Positions 51,150-61,884 are shown, counted from the stretch's first letter. The stretch is 64,000 nt of DNA from Candidatus Dojkabacteria bacterium (GCA_030950485.1 JAUZRK010000010.1:2043-66042), one strand, 5' to 3'. Made by a program: numbers and translations. The notes: generated by a model not told the origin, from the sequence alone.

Positions 51150-52086
51150 ACATAAAAGTGTTTTATTGAAAGAAACAATTAGAAATCTAAGTATCATAGG
51201 AACTGGAGCATATGTTGATCTAACATTAGGTGGTGGTGGCCATTCCCTAGCAATTCTAAATGAGCTTCAGAAAGGAGCTACTCTCGTAGTCTTTGACCTA
51301 GACATGAGAGCTATAGAGAATTTTGTAGACTTAATAAATGTAGTTGGTACAGATAATATTAAGAATGAAGTTAAAGAATCAAAGCAGGCTACTGCAGAAA
51401 AAAATGGAGTAAACATAATTATAGTAAATAGGAACTTTAACGAATTAGAAGATGTACTAAGTTCTGCAAAAATAGATAAGGTAGATGGAATTATAGCCGA
51501 TCTTGGTTGGTCAAGTGATCAATTAGGTGGGATAGAAGGTTTATCATATATGAATTTAAATGAAGAGCTTGATATGAGATTTAATAAATCTGATGGTCTT
51601 AAAGCTAAAGATCTTTTAAATGCTTTTGGTAAAAATGAACTTAAAAAGATGTTTGAAAGGTATGCAGATCTAAGAGGTAACCAAAATGAAATTATTGTAA
51701 ATGAAATTATAAAGAGAAGAGAGAAAAATAGCTTTGAAAAAGTAGGAGAGTTAACAGCTATAGTTGAAGAAAACTCAATTAACTTACACGTAAGAAATGT
51801 TAATCAAATGCATTCAAGAGTATTTCAATCATTAAGGATTGCTGTTAATAATGAGATTGAAAATCTTAGATTAATGTTGGAAAGTTCTTTAAGAACTATG
51901 AATGAGAATGCAAAGCTAGAGATAATTACATTCCATTCTACGGAAGAAAAAGTTGTTAAAAACTTTGTAGAAGAAAATAAATTAAATTTGACCGGTGGTG
52001 ACAATGGATATATTTCACCATTAGTAGAAGAACTTTTAATAAACAAAAGAGCTAGAAGTGCAAAACTCTGGGTTATTAATAAATAA
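51142..52086 (+). CDS. rsmH: 16S rRNA m4C1402 methyltransferase RsmH
   Basis: H.SVLL.E, D.T.G.GGHS, DLG.SS.QL, LDMR, FQ.LRI.VN.E, ARSAKL. Confidence 0.95.
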   Translation: MTKHKSVLLKETIRNLSIIGTGAYVDLTLGGGGHSLAILNELQKGATLVVFDLDMRAIENFVDLINVVGTDNIKNEVKESKQATAEKNGVNIIIVNRNFNELEDVLSSAKIDKVDGIIADLGWSSDQLGGIEGLSYMNLNEELDMRFNKSDGLKAKDLLNAFGKNELKKMFERYADLRGNQNEIIVNEIIKRREKNSFEKVGELTAIVEENSINLHVRNVNQMHSRVFQSLRIAVNNEIENLRLMLESSLRTMNENAKLEIITFHSTEEKVVKNFVEENKLNLTGGDNGYISPLVEELLINKRARSAKLWVINK

Positions 52087-52087
52087 T

Positions 52088-52411
52088 ATGGGGACTATAA
52101 AATCTAATAGAAAAGTAAGCATTTCTAAAGTAAATAAAAATCTTACTTTAATAATAATTTTTCTTTTTGCAGCATTTGTTATTGCTGAAATTTTTGCTAC
52201 TTCAAAAGTTGGAACTAAAAGTGCTGAAGTAAGTAGAGTTAGAGATGAAACGCAAGTTTTAAATCTAGAAAGAGATTTGTTAGAGGCAAAGATAAAAGCT
52301 GAAAAGTCTTCTGAAAAATTAGATAAAGTTGCTTCAGAGTTAAATCTAAATGAGGTTGAACTAAAGTGGATTGAACCTGCGAACAATGAAGGACTTGCTC
52401 TAGGTCGATAG
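52088..52411 (+). CDS. ftsL: FtsL-like cell division protein
   Basis: Lies between rsmH and the PBP gene; TM plus coiled coil plus A..L.L. Confidence 0.6.
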   Translation: MGTIKSNRKVSISKVNKNLTLIIIFLFAAFVIAEIFATSKVGTKSAEVSRVRDETQVLNLERDLLEAKIKAEKSSEKLDKVASELNLNEVELKWIEPANNEGLALGR

Positions 52412-52441
52412 ATAGTATATTGTGATTCAAGAACTTTTCTT

Positions 52442-54223
52442 ATGGCTGAAATCGATAGTATAAACATAAAAACTAAATGGATTTATAGAATTTTTTTCAT
52501 TTTTGTAATCTTAATAGCTGCATTCTGTATACGTTGGCAGGTTATAAATGCATCTGAATTCAAAGAAATTTCGGATAATAGGGTTGTATTTTCTTTGAAA
52601 TCTTTTAGAGGATCTATTTACGCCAAAGATGGGTCTCCACTTGCATTTTCTGAACCGAGATTTGATTTATATATTTGGTTACCTGGAGTAAAATTTTACG
52701 AAAATCAAAACCTTCAAACTAGAGACGAGCTTATTCGTAAACTTCAGCCATATACAGACATGACTCAAGAGGAGTTAGGTGAACTTATGACTGACTATGA
52801 TGAGGTAGATATTGGGTGGTTTAGAATAGCTAGATCCTTAACTGAAGATGAATGGAGATCTATAAACTCACTTACTACTGATTCACACGATACTTTTAAA
52901 TTACAAGGACTAAACTTTGAAATTACTTCTGAAAGAGTTTATCCAGAAAAAGAACTTGCCTCGCAATTAATTGGACTAGTTAACAAAGAAGAAGGACTAA
53001 CATACGGGATTAGTGGATTAGAGGCTTATTGGAATGGTGACTTAAAACCAAAAGAAGGATTGGTAATTGAAGAAGCTGATGCAACTGGTAGAGCTATTGC
53101 AACTGCATTAGTTCCAACTATTGAACCTCAAGCAGGTAGCGAACTTTATACATCAATTGATATTAGGATACAAAGACTTGTAGAAAAAGAGCTAAAGAGA
53201 ATAGTAGAGCAGTATGAAGCTAAATCTGGAAGCGTAGTTATTATGGATCCAAAAACTGGAGAAATAATTTCTTTAGCAAATTATCCAACATATGATCCAA
53301 ATACAAGGGAAGGAGATGAGAACGATTTTTCAAATGTTTCAATTTATGATCCAATAGAAATAGGCTCTATTATCAAAACTATAACTTTATCTGCAGCAAT
53401 TGATCAGGGACTAATAGAGGGAGATACTATGATTCTGCCAGAAGGTCATCCAGGATATGTTTATGTAGCGGATGATTTTGGTTTAGATGGTAATGCATGG
53501 ACTTGGGATAGAAATCCTCAGGGACCAATGAATGCAGAGACTTGTTTTATTAAATCAGATAATGTATGTTTCATTGAAATCGGAAGATTGATGGAAGATA
53601 AATCTTTTTATGATTATTTATATAAATTTGGTCTAGGGGAAATTTCAGGAATAGATTTAGTTGGAGAGTCAAATGGAGTTCTTAAAAGCTATGAAGATTG
53701 GGATTTAGCTGATGAGGCTACTTTTACATACGGACATGGTTTAAGTGTAAATATGGTTCAGGCAACTAGTATGGTTGCAGTCATCCCAAATAGAGGAGTT
53801 AGAATGCAGCCTCATATTGTTACTAAAGTTGTTAAGGATGATGGTGAAGTGCAGATTATGGATCCAACTCCAGTGGCAGAAGTGATATCAGAAAGAACTG
53901 CAATTATTATGATGGATATTATGAAAAAAACTTATCAAAATAATATTACAGAATCATATTACATGCACCTTAAAGATTATAATGTAGGTTGGAAAACGGG
54001 GTCAGCTTTGATTGCAGATCCAAATAACCTTGAATGTCCTTATTGTACTGGTTTATTGAATAATTCTATTATTGGATTTGATGCTTCTCCAAATCCTAAA
54101 TTTGTAATGTCACTAAGGTTAGAAGAACCAAATGGAGGTCTTTCATACTATAATGTTAGGCCAGCTTGGTTAGATATCTTTAATGTGATTAAAGATGAAT
54201 TAGGTATGATGCCTTTAAACTAA
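52442..54223 (+). CDS. ftsI: Class B penicillin-binding protein (FtsI/PBP2 family)
   Basis: RG.I...DG, R.YP, G..GLE, SIIK (SxxK), SDN, KTG. Confidence 0.88.
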   Translation: MAEIDSINIKTKWIYRIFFIFVILIAAFCIRWQVINASEFKEISDNRVVFSLKSFRGSIYAKDGSPLAFSEPRFDLYIWLPGVKFYENQNLQTRDELIRKLQPYTDMTQEELGELMTDYDEVDIGWFRIARSLTEDEWRSINSLTTDSHDTFKLQGLNFEITSERVYPEKELASQLIGLVNKEEGLTYGISGLEAYWNGDLKPKEGLVIEEADATGRAIATALVPTIEPQAGSELYTSIDIRIQRLVEKELKRIVEQYEAKSGSVVIMDPKTGEIISLANYPTYDPNTREGDENDFSNVSIYDPIEIGSIIKTITLSAAIDQGLIEGDTMILPEGHPGYVYVADDFGLDGNAWTWDRNPQGPMNAETCFIKSDNVCFIEIGRLMEDKSFYDYLYKFGLGEISGIDLVGESNGVLKSYEDWDLADEATFTYGHGLSVNMVQATSMVAVIPNRGVRMQPHIVTKVVKDDGEVQIMDPTPVAEVISERTAIIMMDIMKKTYQNNITESYYMHLKDYNVGWKTGSALIADPNNLECPYCTGLLNNSIIGFDASPNPKFVMSLRLEEPNGGLSYYNVRPAWLDIFNVIKDELGMMPLN

Positions 54224-54879
54224 TTTTTTCTATTTAGAAAGTTATTAAGTTTATTTATTTCTCTAAATACATCTTCAATATAATCTATAGAATCTTCTTT
54301 TAAAAGTGATGAGTCACTAATACCATGCCAAACTGTGAAAGTTTTATGTTTAATGTATTCTTTAGCGGGATCATCTTTATCAAAGCCTCTAGGTACAGTT
54401 TTTAAAGCAGTTTCATCATCTCCAAAACTTTTGAAGTATTTCTTGAAATTCTCATTTTCCAATATCCTTTGAAGACTAGTATGATTCTCTGAAATATATT
54501 CTCTTGTATTTTTTAAATCAGTTGTATCCATTAGATATTTACCACCAGCAAGTCCAGAGTTATTTGATTCTATATGGATATAATAACCAGCATTTCCAGA
54601 TTTCATACCATTATAATTAATTGCTGCACCCAAATTAGTTTTATAAGGATCTTTATTCTTTGAAAACCTTGCATCTCTATAGATTCTGAAAAATTTGAAA
54701 TGTTTTTTCTCAGGAGTTATTCTTGGCTCAAAGATACTAATTCTAGATGCTACCTCATAAACGAAGTTCTCAAATCCATTTTTAACTTCCTTATAGAGAT
54801 CTTTATTATCATTAAACCATTCTCTATTATTGTTTTTCTCTAAGCTTGTTATAAAATTAAATACTTTCTTACTTAACAT
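54220..54879 (-). CDS. DUF2461 family protein
   Basis: L..NNNREWF..NK, FRIYRD.RFSK.K.PYKT, YY.HI, LK.VPRG. Confidence 0.9.
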   Translation of the reverse strand: MLSKKVFNFITSLEKNNNREWFNDNKDLYKEVKNGFENFVYEVASRISIFEPRITPEKKHFKFFRIYRDARFSKNKDPYKTNLGAAINYNGMKSGNAGYYIHIESNNSGLAGGKYLMDTTDLKNTREYISENHTSLQRILENENFKKYFKSFGDDETALKTVPRGFDKDDPAKEYIKHKTFTVWHGISDSSLLKEDSIDYIEDVFREINKLNNFLNRKN

Positions 54880-54954
54880 TCTTGTTTATTTAATGAATAA
54901 ATAATATCATCTATACAGTATCACAATAAACCATTTTTTAGAAAGCACTCGCAG

Positions 54955-55992
54955 ATGAAATTTATAGCATATACAGTAAAAGGAATAGAAGACATTGCAA
55001 AGGATGAAATTAAAGAATTTTTCCCAGCTGCAAACATTATAGAATTAGAATCAAAAGCAATCATATTTGACCCTAAGGATGATGACTTTGATAGGTTATC
55101 AAGATTTAAGACTATAGATGATCTTGGCATTTTTGTCTATGAGATAGTATATACAAGAGAACTCAATCATAAGTCATTAGCTGAAGAAATTGCCTCAATC
55201 AATTTTGTAAAGTATCGTGAATTACTAGGAAAATTTAGAAGTGCTAAACCTAAGAAATTCTCTCTTACAGTAAGTTTACCAGGTTTGAAAAATTTAAAAT
55301 CTAACCCATTTAAAGACCTTTTAGCAACAGTAATAGCTGCTGAGAAGGGATGGACATATACTGAGAAGGATCATACTAATTTTGATATTAGAGTATTCCT
55401 TGGAGATGGGAAAATTTATGTAAGTGTTAGATTGACTAATGAAAGTCTTCATAAAAGAGAATACAAAGAATTTTCAAAGAGTGGTTCTTTAAGACCTACA
55501 ATTGCCGCTGCTTTAGTAAGATTAACTACAGGTATGAAGCATGGAAAATTAGTTGATAATTTTTGCGGTAGTGGAACTATTTTATGCGAGGCATATAATT
55601 TAGGAAATGAAATATATGGAGGTGATGTAGATGCAGGTAGTGTTGAATTTACAAAAAAGAATCTGAAAAGTTTGGATTTTGAAGAACTAGATAATATTAA
55701 ACTTGGGGATGCGATTAAGACAACATACCCTGACAATACATTCGATTATGCAATCAGTAATTTACCTTGGGACAAGCAAATAGAGGTTGAAAGTTTTACA
55801 GGATTATACATAGATTCTTTAAGAGAATATAAAAGAATTTTAAAAGATAAGTTTGTAATGAGCCTTCTAGTAAAGAAACCTGAGCTAATGATTAGTCTTA
55901 TAGGTAGCGTATTTGAAAACGTAGAAGTTAGCAAAATACAACTAAGTCTAGTTGGGCAACAACCAGAAGTTATTACAGTTAGATCAAAGTAA
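54955..55992 (+). CDS. THUMP-domain RNA methyltransferase (Trm14/RlmL-like)
   Basis: SLHKR.Y, SL..TIAAA, FCGSGTIL.EA, SNLPW. Confidence 0.85.
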   Translation: MKFIAYTVKGIEDIAKDEIKEFFPAANIIELESKAIIFDPKDDDFDRLSRFKTIDDLGIFVYEIVYTRELNHKSLAEEIASINFVKYRELLGKFRSAKPKKFSLTVSLPGLKNLKSNPFKDLLATVIAAEKGWTYTEKDHTNFDIRVFLGDGKIYVSVRLTNESLHKREYKEFSKSGSLRPTIAAALVRLTTGMKHGKLVDNFCGSGTILCEAYNLGNEIYGGDVDAGSVEFTKKNLKSLDFEELDNIKLGDAIKTTYPDNTFDYAISNLPWDKQIEVESFTGLYIDSLREYKRILKDKFVMSLLVKKPELMISLIGSVFENVEVSKIQLSLVGQQPEVITVRSK

Positions 55993-56171
55993 AGCTGACT
56001 TGTTCTAACTGATGTTCTGAATTAACGGTGACAAGAAAAGTTTGAATATCTTTGATATTTAAATTTGAAATATTAGCGATAGCAAGGAGCTTTGCTTGAA
56101 AAAAAAAAGTATTTCTTGTTGCTATAATTCTGAAGTCATATTAGAATGACAACTAAAATTAATAGTTGCTA

Positions 56172-57260
56172 ATGGAAGTCAAAAATGAGTTAAAAAAAAT
56201 AGCAACGAAGATAGATAAAGAAGTTGCAAAAGTTTTAGATGAAGAATTCAAATCTTCAAAATCTATATCCCCTATAATAAAGAATCTTATTAAGACAATG
56301 AAACCTATACCTGCAGAAGGTGGTAAAAGGTTAAGGGGGGCTTTTGTTTATAATAGTTATAGAATGCTTGGGGGTGACCAGTTAAATGAAATCTATAAAA
56401 TAGCAGCAGCAATTGAGCTTACACATGCATACTTGCTTGTACACGATGATGTAATGGATGACGCACCTCTAAGAAGAGGTTTTAAGACTATTCATGAGGT
56501 ATATAAAGATAACTATAATAATGTTTATGGATTAAAAAATGGTGTATTGTTTAATGCTTCTAAACATTTTGGAAATTCTATAGCAATAAATATAGGAGAC
56601 ATATTTTCACATATTTCAGGTAGTGTTTTTGTTGATTCAAAGTTTCCAAATGATTTAAAAATAAAGGCTCTTAGTAGATTTCATAGAAGAATTACTGACA
56701 CAGGTTATGGACAAGTGATAGATGTGTTTGGAGAGTTTGAAGATGTAAATGAGGCATATGTAATGAAAGTTCACTTGTATAAAACAGGCTATTATACATA
56801 CGAAAACCCTCTACATATGGGAGCTATATTAGCAGGAGCAACAAAGAGAGATCTAGAAGTTCTTACTGAGTATGCAATACCAGGAGGTATAGCATTCCAA
56901 ATAATTGACGATATTATTGATGCTTATAGTAATGATCAAAGTAAAACCGGTAAAGTTCCCGGAACTGATATAAAAGAAGGTAAAAAGACATTATTAGTAG
57001 TTAAAGCATTTGAAAAAGCTAATTCCAGAGATAAGGCGATATTAGACAGTGCTTTAGGGAATAAGTATTTATCAGATAGCACTTTAGATACTGTTAGAAA
57101 AATTTTTGTTGATACTGGTTCATTAGAATATTCTAAGAAAAAGGCTGAAAAGCTATTGACTAAATCTACTGATGTAATAAAAAACTACAGAAAATGGAAT
57201 AATGAAGGTAAAGAGTTTTTGATTGCTATCAATGATTATATGCTTACTAGAAAAGTTTAA
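56172..57260 (+). CDS. Polyprenyl diphosphate synthase
   Basis: GGKRLR, HDDVMDDA..RRG, GQ..D, KT..YT, FQI.DDIID, D..EGK.T. Confidence 0.93.
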   Translation: MEVKNELKKIATKIDKEVAKVLDEEFKSSKSISPIIKNLIKTMKPIPAEGGKRLRGAFVYNSYRMLGGDQLNEIYKIAAAIELTHAYLLVHDDVMDDAPLRRGFKTIHEVYKDNYNNVYGLKNGVLFNASKHFGNSIAINIGDIFSHISGSVFVDSKFPNDLKIKALSRFHRRITDTGYGQVIDVFGEFEDVNEAYVMKVHLYKTGYYTYENPLHMGAILAGATKRDLEVLTEYAIPGGIAFQIIDDIIDAYSNDQSKTGKVPGTDIKEGKKTLLVVKAFEKANSRDKAILDSALGNKYLSDSTLDTVRKIFVDTGSLEYSKKKAEKLLTKSTDVIKNYRKWNNEGKEFLIAINDYMLTRKV

Positions 57261-57265
57261 AACTG

Positions 57266-57622
57266 TTAACTTACTTTTCTACCAATTCGTCCAAGGTGTG
57301 TGTTTTGAAACGTATCCTTCTTAAGTCCATATCCTAAGAATCTGTCAAATGTAGAATGTGCGAGAATTATAAAGCCTACTATTCCAAAGAGTTTTTCATC
57401 AGTTTCAAGATATAAAAGTGCAAATATTGCACCTATTCCAAGGTGATGAGTTAAATTGTATGTGTAACTCCCTATTTTGTTGTTAGCTAAATATCCAATC
57501 ATCCCTAAATCTGGAGTAAAGAATAATAATGCTAAAATTAAAGTATTATCTAGTAGCTGATTTAGCATATAAAGGAATAGAAAAGATAGTAGTAGATTTT
57601 CTAATTTTAGTATATTCTTCAT
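57266..57622 (-). CDS. DUF4260 family membrane protein
   Basis: L.LE, PDL.M.GY, YN..H, AH...DR..GYGLK, F..THLG. Confidence 0.88.
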   Translation of the reverse strand: MKNILKLENLLLSFLFLYMLNQLLDNTLILALLFFTPDLGMIGYLANNKIGSYTYNLTHHLGIGAIFALLYLETDEKLFGIVGFIILAHSTFDRFLGYGLKKDTFQNTHLGRIGRKVS

Positions 57623-57630
57623 ACTATTTT

Positions 57631-58029
57631 CTAATAATGGTAATAATGGCCACGTTCTTTTTCTGCGCTTCTTACTTCTTCCTCATTCATTCCAAAGTGG
57701 TGGGCTACTTCATGCCAAACTGTATTTTTGACAATTCTTTTTAAATGCTCTTCGTCTATAGAATATCTTTCTATTGCATTCTTAAAGATTGTAATCTTAT
57801 CTGGAATGGCTCCAGAGTAAGAAGATGTTCTTCTCTGCAATGAGACGCCTTCGTAAAGACCAAATAGTGATCTCCCATGTTCCATCTTCATCTTAGCTAA
57901 TTGATAACCAGTTGGGTAATCTTCTATTATGAAAACTACATTGTTAAATCTATCTCTAAATGTTTTTGGGATTTCTTTAATTCCCTCGCTGACGTATCTG
58001 TCAAATGTTTCGAAGTCTACTGTATACAT
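57631..58029 (-). CDS. Zincin-like metallopeptidase (Zincin_1/DUF1025)
   Basis: LFGLYEG, PDKITIF, HEVAHHFG. Confidence 0.9.
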   Translation of the reverse strand: MYTVDFETFDRYVSEGIKEIPKTFRDRFNNVVFIIEDYPTGYQLAKMKMEHGRSLFGLYEGVSLQRRTSSYSGAIPDKITIFKNAIERYSIDEEHLKRIVKNTVWHEVAHHFGMNEEEVRSAEKERGHYYHY

Positions 58030-58060
58030 GATAATATTATATCATTAGTTATCGCAATTT

Positions 58061-58777
58061 ATGACAAAGAAACAAATGATTACAATATGGGATATAGATA
58101 AGACACTTTATAGTGGGTATGTAATTATTGATTCTGGTAAATACTTAGAGTCTATCGGAGTTTTTAAAAATGATTTTTCAAAAAGAATTGATACTGCTCA
58201 ACCTAGCTATAAGAGAGGAGAGGTAGACTACGATGAGTTTGCAAAAACTGTCTATATGATTTATGGAGATAACATTTTTAATAAAAATCAGTTTGAGATC
58301 TTGCAATTATCTAAAATATTTTGGGATAAATCTTTTAGTAAAATCTACAAAGCTTCATACCAGCTTTATAATTATCTAAATGTACTTGGCTCAGACCATG
58401 CTGCTATTTCCGGCTCATCTTTTGAATCCTTATATTATCTTTTGGGTAGATTGAGTTTTTCTAAGATGAAATCAACTGAATATGAGACTATAGATGGTAA
58501 TTACACTAAGAAACTAGTTTCAACTTTAGTTTCTCATTCTGATAAGTCTAATCTTCATGGTAGAGTTTTGAATCAAAAGAATAAGTACCAGGTTTTGGTT
58601 GGCGTTGGAGATAATTATGCTGATTTGGCTTTTTTAGAGTTAGTAGACTATCCAATTATTATGGGGTGCAATGATACAAGGCTTAATGCTTGGGCAAGTG
58701 AAGTAAATGCACTTGTTGTAGATGATCCAAGTGCAATAATAGGAAAAGGTATCTTCGAGGAATATATAAGTTTTTGA
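58061..58777 (+). CDS. HAD family hydrolase (SerB-like)
   Basis: WDIDKTL, ISGS, GVGDN.AD...L. Confidence 0.8.
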   Translation: MTKKQMITIWDIDKTLYSGYVIIDSGKYLESIGVFKNDFSKRIDTAQPSYKRGEVDYDEFAKTVYMIYGDNIFNKNQFEILQLSKIFWDKSFSKIYKASYQLYNYLNVLGSDHAAISGSSFESLYYLLGRLSFSKMKSTEYETIDGNYTKKLVSTLVSHSDKSNLHGRVLNQKNKYQVLVGVGDNYADLAFLELVDYPIIMGCNDTRLNAWASEVNALVVDDPSAIIGKGIFEEYISF

Positions 58778-58820
58778 TGGTATTTAAATATTTATATATA
58801 TAAATATTCTTAGTATTATT

Positions 58821-59030
58821 TTAAAACTCTTCTAAATCTTCTATATTATTATGATTTGTATTAGCTTCAGTAGTTAATCTCCAAATACTAAAACCTGTAA
58901 TAAACAGATAGGTGCCCAGGACAACCGTAATACCCTTATTTCCAGTAAAATCAATGATTGCTCCACTTAGTAGGAAGGTAAATGCCGGGATAATACCAAA
59001 AAGTATTGACGGCCTATTTCTCATAGACAT
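58821..59030 (-). CDS. Small two-TM protein
   Basis: 69 aa with two hydrophobic segments; true start uncertain. Confidence 0.4.
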   Translation of the reverse strand: MSMRNRPSILFGIIPAFTFLLSGAIIDFTGNKGITVVLGTYLFITGFSIWRLTTEANTNHNNIEDLEEF

Positions 59031-59258
59031 CTATTGTACTAAATAATATTTATCGTAAAGAGCTTTCACTAATATATTTATAACATATAGTGTCATAATT
59101 CATAAACAATTTGGGGAAATATTAACTACAAGTTTACATACACTTCACCTAATCTTCATTTAATAATCTTTAATGCTACATTGATTATTTTGTCTCTAAG
59201 ATTTAGAATCAGTTTCTGTTAAAACTGTAACATTAGTTTATTAATACGTATAGCAATT

Positions 59259-60260
59259 ATGAGTAATGATATGAAAAATATTGAAGATTTAGCACAAGAA
59301 AGCCTAGAAGCTGAACCCCCATCTCAGCTACAAGTTGTATTAGAATATGTACAAACTATTTTTACTCAATCTGCTGAAAGATATAATATATTTGCTAACT
59401 CACTTTTTGAAAGAGTTAGACAAAGTATTCATATTGGTTCTCCAGATATGGAAGCTACTAATGAAATGTTAAAAGAGGGGGGGGCTATTATTATAATTTC
59501 TCCCCACAATACTGCATTTGAAATTCCTATTTTTCATGCTTTAATTAGAAATTTATCTGAAGGAAGAGAATTAACTACTTTTAATTCTAGACTTCCATTA
59601 ATTATGCCACCAGGTGAAGCTTCAATTGAAGTAGAAGTGAGACTTAAAAATATTAGAGAGGCAATGGCATATAATAATCCTCAGGCAAAGTTCTCTGGAT
59701 ACTCTCATTTACTTTTACATCATATACTAGGTGGAGGATTGTTTATAAATGAAGATGATAAGACTGAAAGAAATAATATAGCCACTGATTTAGAAGCAGT
59801 AAATTGGTTACGAGATTCTAAAAACTTAAATATTTTTCCCCAGGGTATGGCAATGGCACCCGGTTCTTGGAGAAGAGGTATAGCAAGAATGGCTTTGAAT
59901 TTGATGTTTCCAAATGATCCAGATATGACTTCATTAGACGAGGTGCCATTGGTTATTGCTCATAACGGTCTTCGTTCAATTAAAACTGTGAAAGCAGGTT
60001 TAATTAAACCTACTGAGTCTGGAGGGATTTATCTAGATCCTATAATTTTAAAAAGATCAGATATAATTTCTCTAGTTGAAGGTATAGATACTCCATACGA
60101 AAAAGCTGGCATTGTTCTAAGTTACATAGAAAGTAAATTTAAAATAAGCTATCAAAGTTTTATAGAATGGGCTATTGAAAATGGGTTTGATAATGAACAA
60201 ATAGAATGGTTAAATATAATGCATATGGAAAAATCACACACACATTTATATGAAGGATAA
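59259..60260 (+). CDS. Lysophospholipid acyltransferase-like (PlsC superfamily) protein
   Basis: IISPHNTAFE (HxxxxD-like), FIN, NIFPQG, R.GIARMA. Confidence 0.6.
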   Translation: MSNDMKNIEDLAQESLEAEPPSQLQVVLEYVQTIFTQSAERYNIFANSLFERVRQSIHIGSPDMEATNEMLKEGGAIIIISPHNTAFEIPIFHALIRNLSEGRELTTFNSRLPLIMPPGEASIEVEVRLKNIREAMAYNNPQAKFSGYSHLLLHHILGGGLFINEDDKTERNNIATDLEAVNWLRDSKNLNIFPQGMAMAPGSWRRGIARMALNLMFPNDPDMTSLDEVPLVIAHNGLRSIKTVKAGLIKPTESGGIYLDPIILKRSDIISLVEGIDTPYEKAGIVLSYIESKFKISYQSFIEWAIENGFDNEQIEWLNIMHMEKSHTHLYEG

Positions 60261-60915
60261 GTCAGTTACATATATACATGGTATTTTTTTGACAAAAAGT
60301 ATTCACAAAAAACTTATAAATTTGTTTACAGCTTCAGGGTACAGTATTGATCTTATTTCGCTACCAGGTCATGAATCAGAGAACTCGTACAGTGGTTCGG
60401 ATGATATATCTTTAGACTTTTTTAATAATCATAAAGAAATTATTAATAAAAATAGAATTTTAATTGGTCATTCTACAGGGGCAAAGTTTATTCTAGACTG
60501 GGTTGATAGATCAATAATAAATACTGAGATTGAGTTGATAATTATTGATCCTGCTATCTATTCTGGTAAATTCCAATATTTTAAAGCAATTATTCGAAAT
60601 ATAGTTGATGATTTAAGATTTATACTAGATTATAAGAAAGTACCTTTTGCTATCCCTATAAACATTATGAAGAGCTCATATAAACTGGTCCCAGTAATGA
60701 CTTTTCTTAAAGAAAAAAATGTTTTAGGTGCTTTCTCTAAGTTAAATAACTTCAATTATAAAATCTTATGGGGTACTAAAGATTTAACTACTCCATATAA
60801 GTGGAGTAAGGAGATCAAAAAAATATATCCTGATTTACAAATAATTGATATTTTAAATAGATCTCACGGATGGATAATAGAAGAACCAGAACTTTTATTA
60901 AAGTATCTTGAATAG
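60250..60915 (+). CDS. Alpha/beta hydrolase
   Basis: HG, LPGH, GHSTG nucleophile elbow, WG.KD, H...E.P. Confidence 0.82.
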   Translation: MKDKSVTYIHGIFLTKSIHKKLINLFTASGYSIDLISLPGHESENSYSGSDDISLDFFNNHKEIINKNRILIGHSTGAKFILDWVDRSIINTEIELIIIDPAIYSGKFQYFKAIIRNIVDDLRFILDYKKVPFAIPINIMKSSYKLVPVMTFLKEKNVLGAFSKLNNFNYKILWGTKDLTTPYKWSKEIKKIYPDLQIIDILNRSHGWIIEEPELLLKYLE

Positions 60916-60930
60916 ATATTTTAGATAAAA

Positions 60931-60963
60931 AAGAAGCTATTAATAAAAATATTAATAGCTTCT
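60931..60963. terminator. Bidirectional terminator
   Basis: AGAAGCTATTAATA...TATTAATAGCTTCT. Confidence 0.65.
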
Positions 60964-60983
60964 GATTAAAGTTTTGTTTAGAA

Positions 60984-61559
60984 CTACTTTAGTAAACTGC
61001 TTACAAGATCATCAATTTTTTTACTTAATTGATCAACTCGTTTACTTAGTTCTACTACATCTGTTTGAGGTCCATTATTTGATTCTCTTCTATCATTTCT
61101 TCTTCTTTCAAATCTATCGCTTCCACCTCCTCTTGAATCTCTTCTATCGTCTCTTCTGTCTCCTCTTCTATCGTCATCGTTTTTATGATGTCTAAAACAT
61201 GAACTACAGTAAACTGGTTTTCCACTAGTTGGCTTAAATGGAACGGTTGCTGTTTTACCGCAATCATCACAGATTACTTCAAATTCATCTTGCCAATCAT
61301 CACTTCTAGAATCTCTAGATGATCTGTCATCTCTATCATTTCCTCTTCTATTATCTCGTCTGTCATCTCTTCTATCGTCTCTTCTGTCATTTCTCATAGT
61401 TCTTCCTTCGCTTTTAGCCTTAGCTTTTTCGAAACAATCATCGCAGTAGATTGGTTTACCCTCTGTTGGTTTAAATGGTACTGTTGTTGCTCTCCCGCAG
61501 TCGTCACATATTATGTGATATTTATTTAGTTTGTTTTCGCTTTCACCACCTTGTCTCAT
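60984..61559 (-). CDS. Protein with two CxxC-x17-CxxC zinc-ribbon domains and R/D-rich repeats
   Basis: Two CDDCG..ATVPFKPT.GKP.YC..CF units; (RRDD)n linkers; C-terminal coiled coil. Confidence 0.85.
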   Translation of the reverse strand: MRQGGESENKLNKYHIICDDCGRATTVPFKPTEGKPIYCDDCFEKAKAKSEGRTMRNDRRDDRRDDRRDNRRGNDRDDRSSRDSRSDDWQDEFEVICDDCGKTATVPFKPTSGKPVYCSSCFRHHKNDDDRRGDRRDDRRDSRGGGSDRFERRRNDRRESNNGPQTDVVELSKRVDQLSKKIDDLVSSLLK

Positions 61560-61684
61560 TATCTTTGTTTATAATAATTAATTAATATCTTATAGTATAA
61601 AGTTTTGGGGTAGAGATATCAATGTAAAAACAAATCTTAATTTATTTTTAAATAAGATTTCTCAATGTATAATCAAGTTAAGCT

Positions 61685-61770
61685 GGAGAGGTGGCCGAGT
61701 GGTTTAAGGCGCATCGTTGGAAACGATGTTTGTGTATTCCACAACGCAGGTTCGAATCCTGTCCTCTCCG
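61685..61770 (+). tRNA. tRNA-Ser (GGA), CCA not encoded
   Basis: Acceptor GGAGAGG/CCTCTCC, D-loop GAGTGG, anticodon arm CATCG-TTGGAAA-CGATG, long variable arm, GGTTCGAATCC. Confidence 0.95.
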
Positions 61771-61884
61771 CTCTTACAGAAATAAACAAAGTGAAGTTGA
61801 AATTTAGAACGATAAGGGTGCCAGGACGGGTGTACTCTCTAAATTAAATACTTCTGATAACTCTAGTTTGATATAATCAATTGA

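Noticed and set aside
61665-61847. 60-aa ORF
   Set aside because: Overlaps tRNA-Ser
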